DNA of 64,000 bases from Paramecium tetraurelia (taxonomy: Eukaryota): positions 62,001 to 126,000 of the forward strand of contig CT868108.1 of NCBI GenBank assembly GCA_000165425.1. Direction: 5' to 3'. The notes below the pieces were generated by a model. That model saw nothing but the letters and a program-made list of their open reading frames with translations. It was not told where the DNA came from and did not search any database. Of this stretch, positions 1 to 11,700 are shown one piece after another. How positions within the stretch are numbered: the stretch's first letter is position 1; every line of letters starts with the position of its first letter. Both the position numbers and the translations under genes were made by a program.

Positions 1-3000
1 CAAAAGGAATGTTATAAATATTTATCGTCAGCATTGCTATTGAGTTCAAACAAAATAGTATAAAATCATATGAATAACAATAGTTCTTGAAATGGCACTT
101 CTTGAGATACCCAAAGATGGTACAATCCTACATGAGTGCTTTAAAGGTCCAAGGAGGTAGTTAGAAGCCAGAATCCTTGTTCATACCTAATATAGTGTAG
201 GACATGATTTAAATAATATTTTCGTATCCAATTAGCGAGGCAAATTTTAAGGAAAATGAAGAGTTAATACAAATAGAATCTCAAAATCAATTTAGAACAT
301 TTTTAGAGAGAAATTCAGCTCCACTTCCCACTCCTAAACACATTATCAAAGCATAGAATGAAAAATTATTGTACAGAAAAGTGACACAAACTTAAATGAG
401 ATACCTCAAGTGTATTGAGAAATTTGTGGATTTTATGATTTTGTTATTGAGTTCAATCCCAACAAGGAAGTTCTTGAAGATCTATTTGCTTTCAACAAAT
501 ATACTGCCCTATTTGAAGTGCACATTGCCTTAATATCATTCATGTGTATTGTAGACATTGGTTTAATCATTTGAACATTATTTAACATATCCAATAAATG
601 ATTAGGATGGAGAGGTGCTTTCACTCAAAGATTAGTAAGTGATGTAGAAGGATTTCTTAAAGAAATTGCAGACGGTGCTTTACAAATAGTTTAAGTTCAT
701 GGTATAGCAAAAGGAATTGGAAGAATATCAATTCATCAAAAATTTAAGAAGATCAGAAATAGAGAAACTATTCTAAATGATGATATTGGTGTTCCCAATT
801 GATTTATAGCCTAAATTGTATGAACCTGGCAAGAACTTTGATTTTCTTATCTAAGAAGTAATGAAGGCTGCTGCACCTCCTCCTTATCTAAACCATTACC
901 TCAAAGATACTCCTCTCATACCTAATGAATAGATGATATGGGATTATAAACACATCCCTGAAGAATCTAAAAGCGGAGTATTAAAATAAGTTTTGGCTTT
1001 GCCCAAATTGAACTTATAGTTTCTATGTTTTGAAGACTATTTAGAAAGAAATTATAAGTTATTTAAACTTGAAAGTGCATTTGATTTGAGAAAAGATTTA
1101 GAGGACACTATAATCAGAATGGATCCCAAGTTTGATTAAAATGGTGCCTTTATTTACTTCAGTGGATGGGCTAAGGCAGCAACAGAAGTGATTAAGTTCA
1201 GAATTCATGAAGTATAGACTCCCGAGATCGGTAAGAGAATCCCAAGGAGGGTTTATGGAGAGATACAATATTCAGTTGAAAGGATGGCATAGAATGTAAG
1301 GAAGGATTGGGATAGCTTGAAGAAGCATCAAGTTGTATTTTTGATAAGCTTTAGAAAGGAGATAGATATGTAGGAATTTTAGAGTGAACTAAGTGAGAGA
1401 TAGAATCTAATTGATTAGATCGAGGAGAATGAGGGATGCAAGCTGTTTTGTGAAAAATATGGTATTAGAGCAATTAGAGGAGCTGAAATAGAATTGGTTT
1501 ATGATGAAAGAAGGAGAGAGATATTAGATTGGGAGGAACCAGATCCCTCAAAGAAATTCTAAGGAAATTTAAGAATCCTTCATGTCTTTTTGGATCAAGC
1601 ATAATATCAAGAAGATATCGATTGTATTAAATTAAATAATTGTTTTAGCTGGTATCAATGCAGAAGGTGAAATCTATGGAAATTTCAAACTGTTGGTTAA
1701 AAGAAATCCTAAAGAAAATAACTTCAAAGCAATCCTTGGATCAATCCAATAAGTCATATTGCAGAATCCTAAGTTACCCAAATTTTTAGATGAAATTCTT
1801 TTGGGATATGGTGTTGAAGACATTTCTTCATCCTAATATTATTTGAAGAATCACACAAGTAGTGTGGATTTCAGCCTCAGAGATACTATCATTGATTAAT
1901 CACACTATGATGATGTGATTTAATAGAATTCATTCATTCCAGAAGACTTGAAATAGAGAATTACTTTTGGTAATGTGAATATTAGAAAGAGAGTAAACAA
2001 CATTAGATTCACTAAACCTTAAATAAATGCAATAGTTTCAGCTATGTATCCTGGTTTGACACTAGTTGTTGGTCCTCCAGGAACAGGTAAAACAGATGTA
2101 ACTGTTTAGCTTGTGAATTTACTCTATAAAAACTTCCCAAATGAAAAAACACTTCTGATTACTCATTCTAATCATGCATTGAATGACATCTTTTAAAAAA
2201 TATCCAAAATGGATGTAGATGAGAAACATATGTTAAGATTGGGTATAGGAGTCAAGGACTTAAAGTTAAGCAAGACATTTTCAAGGGAAGGGAGAATCGA
2301 TCATATGTTATCAAGGAGATTGCAATTGTTAGAAATTGTTGGGAAAATTTAAAAAAGTGTGCAAATTATGTTTTCAGAAGAGTATTCTTGTGAGGTTTCA
2401 GAGATTTTCTTTAAATTGCATATTCAAAGACTGTGGGATAATTATAGAGATAAGGTCCAAGCAGACCCCAACGTGGCATTTCCTTTTAATACTTTTGTTG
2501 AATAAAACCCATTGCTCTTTGAGAAGGCTTAAACAAGGGAAGAACAATATAGAGTAATTGAGGACATATTTGAACAAGTAAGAGAATGCAGACCATTTGA
2601 ATTATTGAGAAACAAAAAGGAGAGAGGAAATTATATCATTTGTCACCAAGCCAAAATTGTAGCCATGACTTGTACTCATGCTGCTCTCAAGAGGAATAGT
2701 TTCTGTGAATAAGACTTTTAATATGATAACATAGTTTTTGAAGAAGCTGGGTAGATATTAGAAATCGAAGCCTTCCTTCCATTGACTATGTCTTTAACTG
2801 GAAAACTCAAGAGATTAATAATGATTGGAGATCATAATCAATTGCCTCCTGTTATTAAGAATGTTAGTTTCTAAAAATTAGCCAATATGGAATAATCCTT
2901 TTTTATCAGAATGATTCGATTAGGAGTATTTTATCATCAACTTACAGATCAAGGCAGAACAAGACCAGAAATTATGAAGTTGTATTCTTGGAAGTATAAA

Positions 3001-3777
3001 GAATTAAATTCATTGTAATGTTGTCATCCTTCTTCGGATAATTAATTTGGACATGCTAATGCTGGATTTTGTAAAACCTTTTAATTTATTGATATCGATT
3101 ACAAAGGAGTTCTTGAAAATAAACCTATGCCATATTTCTATTAGAATATTGTCGAAGCTGAATTCATTGTTGCTACGTAAATCATCTTTCAATATTTTTT
3201 AGTTACATGTATTTGGTCTTAAGAGGCTATGATCCAAAGCAAATAACTATTTTAACAACTTACAATGGCCAAAAGATGCTCATTAAGGACATCATTACAA
3301 GAAAGTGCTCCTGGCATTCACTCTTTAGAACTCCAGAAAAGATTACAACTGTAGACAAGTTCTAAGGATAATAAAATGACATCATCTTGATTTCAATGGT
3401 TAGAACATCTCAGCCAGGCTATTTACGAGATATTAGGAGAATCATTGTAAAAATGTTGTATATTCCAATAGGTCGCTTTTTCAAGAGCAAAATTGGGTCT
3501 GTATATTTTTGGAAACTTATCAATATTTAATAAAGTACCAGAATTGTAATAAACATTCTCACAATTCGTGTCTGAACCATTACATATATTGCCAAATGAA
3601 GTGTATAAAACTAAAAGGGCTCATGATGATTTATAGTTAGAATAATCTCAAAGTGTTAATCATCCAGACTAAATGTATGAAATAATTAAGACACAATTAA
3701 TTGAAAGACAAAGACAAAATTCTAATATCGAGAATCTAACAGAAATACAATAAGAATAGGAATTGTAGAGCTAATGA
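1..3777 (+). CDS. AQR: Aquarius/IBP160 intron-binding SF1 RNA helicase (5' partial)
   Basis: With the ciliate code it gives [11 protein letters not shown] (AQR hallmark, ~992), Walker A GPPGTGKT (2071), [15 protein letters not shown] and TVDKFQGQQND. Introns at 1624-1648, 3177-3202 and 3447-3471; TGA at 3775-3777. Confidence 0.93.
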
Positions 3778-4286
3778 AAATTATATATTTTTAGCATATA
3801 AATAAACATATCGTTATAAATATTATTATTAGAATCTTTTCTAATTGCTTATATAAGCCTCTGAAGATATTTCCTGATACTAAAATTATAATTATAAAAA
3901 TATATTTATTATAATTATATATTTAATTTAATAGTATTTACTATTCCATTTTGCTAATTTATATGAATATTAAATTCGCCAAAAGAATAATCATTTTTTA
4001 TTAGGATAAGGATAAAGACCAATTGAGATTAAGAAGACGAGTTTGAAATCTTGATTCTCTTAAAATATAAATTGCGTTTTAATCATAAATAAATTTTGCA
4101 ATATAAATAACTATATAAGTTTTACTCTAATTTCTAATATAAAATTTGAGCTTTCTTCAAGATTTTACATGTTAAACTTATATCAAATATGAGGGATTAG
4201 AGCCTTCATTTAGTTAAATATTATTCAATTTTCATCTAATAATAAATAATACAAAAAGAAGCTAATTAAAATCAACTAAGTATTAA

Positions 4287-5409
4287 TCATCTCCACTTTA
4301 TCCTTCTCCCTTCAATCCATTCACCCTCTCTTTAATCTCCAAGCTCAGACACCATAACTCCATGACCATGTTACTTTCCCTATTTCCATGTTCCTCTATA
4401 ACTGCTGCCATTTGGAAACTTAAAAATGCCAAATCCTTCCTTCAAGTCATAGGAATACTAAAATTATTCGCATATATTTATTTACATTCCCAGAATACTC
4501 ACGTCCATCTGGCCAAGTAAATGTACCTTTCCCATGCATTTAATTATTTACCCACTAACCTTCATACTAAATTGGATATTTTTATTACTTTTCTTCCATC
4601 CTCAAATAAAAAGATACCAAATCCCTCATATTTATTTTTCTAAAATTCTCCCAAATATTTGCTTCCATCTTGATACGTAATCTCTCCATATCCTTGACGA
4701 TGTCCAAATTTATATCCACCTTTATATTCGAATTATTAATTGATTTCATGTCCTTCCCCATGAAACAATTATTGTTTCCATTCTCCTTTATAGATAAATC
4801 CATTTTAATCCTAAAATTCCCCATATCCATTAAATTCATTTTCTTCAAAGTTTCCTTCATATCTAGAATTAATTCATTAGTTACAAACTTCCATCACAAC
4901 CAATTTGTCTTCCCTTGCCTGACTTTTAATCCCTCGAAAACGTTCCTTCATACAAAGTGCCATCAATATCTATTTACCTACCAAATCCTTCTTTTTAAAA
5001 CTATAAAAATTATCCTTGGTATTGGCATCCATCATTCAATAAATAACAAGGATAACTGTTCTATTGAAGGGGAGCCAATTCTTTCAATTTATTTTGTATG
5101 GATAAATGTAAATTTTAAGGCCATTCTACTTTTTGTGCATCTTTTGGTATCATTTCTATAACTGAGACATTTTATTGGGTTAAATTAGATTCCACTTAAT
5201 TTTGCGTGATAAGAGTAACCTACTATTCCACTATTTTTTGTTTCTTTAAATAACCTAAATTTATTGGAGGCACAATTACATCTAACACTTGTTTGAATTT
5301 TGATAATTTTGGTCTCATCCAAAGATATGTCGTCTGCTGGGATCAATCCAAAATCTCCTTACATATTTAATCTTCCAACATCCTAGTTTGAACAGCAAAC
5401 TATTCCCAT
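4287..5409 (-). CDS. MORN-repeat protein with N-terminal acylation motif
   Basis: Starts MGIVCCSNQD; repeated YxGxWxxxxxHGxG units (e.g. YRGTWKQGKQHGHG); short introns near 4460-4485 and 4567-4588. Confidence 0.85.
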
Positions 5410-5451
5410 ATAATTTAATAAATTATTATTATTCAATAGTATTATCTTATC

Positions 5452-5990
5452 ATCTTCCAATTACATTTTCATAATTAATCCCAGTCAATTCTTAACTAGA
5501 ATTAACGACAATCCCTTTTAAACTAACGATTTGTGATTTTACCATTTAATTTCAATAATTGTATATTTTAAATCCTAATTTTACCCAATCAAGAACCCTC
5601 TCAAGTTTGTGATGATTAGATAATTAATTAGAATTATTGGATATTTTCAAAAATTTAGTAATTTTTATTATTTCTTCTCAATAATACGAAATTTTTCCAA
5701 TGAGTCGCACAAATATTCCACCCTAATCCATTCAATCCCGATCTTGTGATATTTAACCCCATTATAAGAACAAGTAAAATTAGAATAATATTAATAATAA
5801 TTAATTAGGGAAAATACTGAGGAGGGTGAAATATAAATTAGAAATTAACAAAACTTTATCGAAGAAAATCGTCTCAAACATAAACTCTAAAATAATTATA
5901 ATGATTTTTACCTCCTTTTCAAAAAGGATATAATTCATATTTTTCTATGGTTTATTTTAAAATAGGAAATAATTTATTGAAATGTCATTT
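5452..5990 (-). CDS. Possible hypothetical protein (boundaries uncertain)
   Basis: TGA-free stretches on the minus strand (e.g. YNGVKYHKIGIEWIRVEYLCDSLEKFR); I could not resolve a complete gene model. Confidence 0.25.
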
Positions 5991-6272
5991 AATATTATAA
6001 TTGAATTACTTTAAACTATTCAGCATAAATTGTCATCTAAACTCACTCTCCCAATGTAATCAATGATAATTTACATATTGAATAAAGTTAAGCAATAAAT
6101 CCAGTTTATATTATGATATGCAAATGTGAGTTACTCTCTGATTAGGATTATTCTAGAATATTATATTCTGTAATACTTTTTGAGAGTAATCTTTGTTAAA
6201 AATTGTGAGATATCAAATTTGATTCGGAAACTTTGTAATTATTATATTTATATTATTATTGAATAAGAATAT

Positions 6273-6726
6273 ATGGCATCATAATTATTAGAAAGGTTGT
6301 TCCAAAATAACCCTAATTTGAATGAGATTTAAAGAGATCGAGTCGCAGAAACCTTGCAATACTTAGAGACGCATAAAATATCGCTTTTATTCGAAGTAAA
6401 GCTGAGATGATTACATTTAGGAATTATTATCTTAATTAATATTTGAAATGAGCAATTAACCGAGAAAAACACTATTGGATACACTTAAAAATCATAAAAC
6501 TTAGACTTTCTTTGACACTTCTGATTATGAAGTAATTTTTGAACATTTTGATACATTTAATGATAAAACTGTCAAGATGAATTCAATCAGACAGGGATTA
6601 TAGATAATTGGAATTACAAAATCGGAAGAGGAAATAAATCAAAAATATTAGGCTATTTTAAAAAAAGGGTTTGTCAATAAAAATGAATTTGTTGATATAA
6701 TGATCAATGAATATAGTTAAAGATGA
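6273..6726 (+). CDS. Small EF-hand protein with RIIa/Dpy-30-like docking motif (EFCAB10-like)
   Basis: MASQLL...YLETHKISLLFE/ELLSQLIF, then degenerate EF-hands (IFEHFDTFNDKTV; GFVNKNEFVDIM); 25-nt intron at 6396-6420. Confidence 0.65.
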
Positions 6727-6764
6727 ATTTGGAATATCGTTTAATTTAATATTTATGTATTATC

Positions 6765-7899
6765 TCATGATGGGTGGACTTAATTTACACAGGATCCTTT
6801 GACCTTGAATTCGTAGATGTTATTTAGGGTTGTTTGGCTGATGTTCATCAGAGCTTCGTGAGTGAAGAAGGCTTGATGTCCTGTGATGATGACATTGGGG
6901 AATGAGAGCAATCTGGCTAAGACATCATCAGTCAATACTTCCTGACTTACATCTTTAAAGAACAATTTTTCTTCTTATTCGTAAACATCTAAATTTTAGT
7001 TTAAATTTATACCTATTGCTAAGCCTCCGATTTTTTTCTTTTTCAATGCGTTAACAACTGCTTTGGTTTCAATTAGAGCTCCTCTTCCAGTGTTTATAAT
7101 CATTACATTTTCCTTCATCTTTGTTATTGAATGATCATTGATAATGTGTCTGGTTTAAGGTGTCAATGGACAATGTAAGGAGATGTAATCACTTTAGTAA
7201 AAGATATCGCTTTCATCAACATAAGTAAATCCCAAAGTTTCAGCCAGTTTTGGATCTCTGTGGGGATCGTAAGCAACGACATTCATCCCGAATCCTTTGC
7301 AAATTTTGGTAAAGCAAATTCCTATTTTTCCCAGACCTATCAACCCGATGGTTTTTCCATGTAAATTCGATCCAACGAGTCCGTCCAAAGCAAAGTTATG
7401 ATCCCTTGTTCTGTTGTAGGCTTTATGAATCTTCCTATTGAGAGACAAAAGGAGAGCCATAGAAAATTCTGCAACTGCCTCTGGAGAATAAGCTGGGACT
7501 CTCACAACATTGATTCCGAGTTTGTCTGCTTCCTTTAGGTCGACATTATTGAATCCGGCGCATCTTAGAGCCACCAGATTCACTCCTTGTGAGGATAGCT
7601 TTCTTAAGACTTGGGCTGAGACTTTGTCATTTACAAAACAACTAGTTAGGGATATTAAGGAAGAGTACTTACCAAACAGTGTCGCATTCATGTGCGAGTC
7701 TAGCACTATTCTCATTTAATTGTTCTGCAAAAAATGATAATTTGACTTGTTTTTCTTCTGGGAGACTTGTATTGACTTTTGTTAGGTAGTCTATGTCATA
7801 TTTCTTGGTATTGAACACAGCTACTGAGGGTTGCTTGGGGATACTTGAAAGATATACTTTTATTGTATTGAATGCAAATCTGCCTAAAAGTTTAATCAT
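6765..7899 (-). CDS. ldhA: NAD-dependent fermentative D-lactate dehydrogenase (D-2-hydroxyacid DH, LdhA-like)
   Basis: [72 protein letters not shown]; introns at 7642-7672 and 6989-7012. Confidence 0.92.
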
Positions 7900-7933
7900 T
7901 ATTCTTTAAAATAAATTTATTTTCAATATCAAA

Positions 7934-8616
7934 ATGCATGGTGGATTTAATAGTAAAAAACTTGAATAAGAATATATTTCTGTAGTCAATAAAATGACAA
8001 TCTTGCTGATTGATTAGTTATCATTACAACTTCAACTTAGTAAAGTAGCATAATATGATAGATAGATTAAATTACAAATAAACAATTTTTTGATAAACAA
8101 TTCACTAAGTTGTTAAATTCCATTAAGTCACTAGAGAATCAAAAGAGATTGCCACCTAAATTCAGCAATCTCTTGTAACCACTATAATTTGTTATTCAAA
8201 ACAAAGCCAATTAGATGACGTCGAATGAGTAAGTAACAAATGCGAAGCCTAAATACATTCCCCCCATCTTGGAGCAAGATGTTTAATATTCCACTCAATT
8301 TACAAAGCGTTATAGCAATACTCAAAGATAAATTCAATATATAAATCAGACACAAAAAAAGAAGAACTTCTCTCCCAATAAAATCAATAGAGTATGCAAG
8401 TACTTGGACTAGAAGAAGACGAGACCTATGAATTATAACATAGGAGAATTCTACGCTGACTTTTAAAATGACTCATAAATAGTAGGGAAGAATAAACTAT
8501 TGGATTATAAGTTGCAATCCTCTGAATTAAACAAAATTGCGAAAACATCTCTAAGTGTTGATACTTCTTAGCTTTAAGAAATCTCTAGATTTTCAAATTT
8601 TCACGAACAGTATTGA
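7934..8616 (+). CDS. Hypothetical protein
   Basis: ATG at 7934, a long TGA-free frame from ~8070 to 8616 and plausible tiny introns; no motif recognised. Confidence 0.5.
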
Positions 8617-8735
8617 TAACCCTATATTTTATTTGATTTATAAATTAATTAAATTTATTTTCAATGTAATTATTTTAGAATGTTAAAAGACAAAGTATTT
8701 TAATATGTTTATATGAATCAAATAGTGAATAAATA

Positions 8736-11700
8736 TCATAATTTATTTTTAGGCTTTAAACAATTCTAGATTTTTTTAAAAACAATTAAGAATTTCTCTT
8801 ATAAATCTTATACAAACTCTCTCAATAAAAAGACAAGTTATACAAATATTGACAATCCAATAGTTCCTATCATCAACCATCCTATTTAAAATCTCTGATC
8901 TGCGCTTAATAAACCAATCTAGAGATAAATGAATATATTACTATGTCATCAAGAGCAAAGCCTGTGGATAAGAGCATTAAAACAAAAATACAGAAGTCAG
9001 GAACTCCATTTTAGACCAGTTCAGCATTGGATGGAAATGGATTTTCGTAAAGGATCAAGGCTATGTTCAGAAAGCTGATGAAACAACTGAATACAGTTTA
9101 TAGTAGTGGTTAATAGTAGAAGTATACGACTACTACAATGAATAAGGCCTTTCGGTTTAGGTTGATGAAGGAGTACATCATAGCAGTGCTGGATTTGGTG
9201 TTGATGCTTTCATATAAAGTGCCATATTATTTCTAAAAGATCTCATGATCCAACAGCATATGGTGTTTGGTGGTCACATAATAGGAAATGATCAAAATAA
9301 AGACGCAGACACTGATGCACACATATGACAAGATTTGATTCATGAATACAATTTAATAATCCATAAGACTGCTAGGAACTGTTGTGATTTGAAGTATGAT
9401 GGCTAATACTAAGTCTAAAAAGGCTAAGTTTAAGGACTTAATGAAATTGGATAGAAAGTTCACCTTAAACTTGTGCAAAGGTTAGTAGATCTTGTCAATT
9501 AGATATGGGAATCTCTTTCTGGGATTTATAACTATTTGTTGTATTATTTCGACAGGCTATTTGTTTTTCACTTTAGAAAATAAATTTGAATTGAATTTGG
9601 TAGGGGAAGCTTTGGTTTCATTCAATTGAAAGATTTTATTGGAGAGCAATTAGCTTTTTTATGTAACAGGAGGCCATATACATTCAAGGATCAATAAAAT
9701 GACACAAGATAATAATTGAACAGCAATCGTAATACCTATGATGGCAAAGCAAGTCCATGTGTTGTTAAGGAATATTGGATCAACTCCTTTTTCCATGAAT
9801 TTCTTAGGACTCTCAACATAATAAGGATCAGTAGGTTCGTTTAGTACGAAAAATGCTGGAAATAGTTGAAAATCTCCCCAAGCAGATTTTTGAAAGAACA
9901 TCCGAACATTTTCAGGGAAATAGATATTGATATAATAAAGATTGTTGATCCAACTTAAGATATCCATAATGGTCCAAAAGAAGTTGAATCCACCTAGTAG
10001 TATGACAGATGGAGCTATAAAATACATCATTTCTCCAAGAGTAGATTGGGCATCACTTGCACTTTCAGCCTATTTAACTTGATTTTAGGAATAAATAATT
10101 TTCTTCCTTGGAGTAATAATAATCTCTCTGGTTTCTTCTTCAAGTACACGTCTAGATGTTCTCACTTTAACTGGGATGAAGATGTGTATGAGATTTCCAA
10201 GATCAATGGTTTTGTTGAATGAAAAATCGATATTACATTTGGAATTGTTTTCATCAATTTATTCATACTTGATGAAGGATTAAAAGTCATTTGGGAGAAA
10301 TTAATCTATTGTAATATTGATTTTGGCGCATGGATCGCCTTAATCAATAGGAAAATTAAGAGCCATGCTATCAGAAGTTGTAGAATTTATATATGCAGCA
10401 TCTACCTATGCTTGTGGTATTTTTGTGCAAGATGATTCTTTACAAGTGTAATACTTTTCCACTTGACATTTGGAACTACAACCGTCGCCATCAAGATTGT
10501 TTCCATCATCACATAATTCACCGTCAACTATAATTGAATCCCCACACTTTGTAATACATTTACGATTAACAATGTAATATCCTTTAACATTTGTACATTT
10601 TGGACATGCTCCTTTGTCATCAGGTTTTGCATCTATGATAGTACATGATAGACATGTTTTATTATCCTTGCAAGTGTAACACATATCTGAACATTTCAAA
10701 CACTCATTATCTTTTAGATAATAACCATCATAACATTAATCACATGAACTTTTATATCCTTTTAATGAGCAAGTTTAACAATTAGCAACACATTAGAAAC
10801 AGATAGATCTGGATAGCATTTTATTAACACAAGTAAAAAGAGAGTCTACTTTGCAATCTGTACAACCATCTCTACTATTTTTATTACCATCATCACATTA
10901 TTCTCCTTTGGTTAATTCACCATCCCCACAATTTATGTAATTACAAATATCATTCACTTTACCTTTTATACTTGAACAATTCTCACATTAATTCTACTCA
11001 TTCTCAAAAAATCCTTTTTAGCATTCGCATCTAGACTAGACGACATCTCTATTCACTATTTAATAATTTATGTATAATTTTACCATCTATGCAACTTAGA
11101 CAATCTGATGCACTTGTACAATTAAAACAAGGAGGAGAGCATTCTATAATTAATAATTAGATATAAATTACTTTGACAAACTTGTTTCTCATTTTCAAAG
11201 TATCCATTATTACATATACATGACACTCCATCTGAATTTAAAGATCTATTTTCAGAACATGTTTAACATTCATGATCATTTACACACTTCCCACATTTGC
11301 TATTACACTTTATGCATTCTGAATTGTCATTCTAGAAATATCCAACTGCACATTCACACAACTTATTATCAGGGTTCATTTTTCTTTAGGGAATGCAAAT
11401 CAAACACCCAATTTCTGTACCGTTGACACAGGAGGAACAGGTCGAATGACATTAAGTGCATATGCCTTTCTCATTTAAATACTCATTTGTTTTGCATTAA
11501 CAAACATTATTGATAAGTTGGTATTTTTTGGTTTCATCACATGTTAAACAATTTGTGGCATTATTTGAACAAGTTAAACAATTAGTTGAACAATCTAAAG
11601 GTATTTTATAATTATTACTTTCGCATATATTCAAATCATTAATAAATTGATGACTATCTTAGCATTTACAAACTGAAACATCCAAATAGAATTTAGTATC

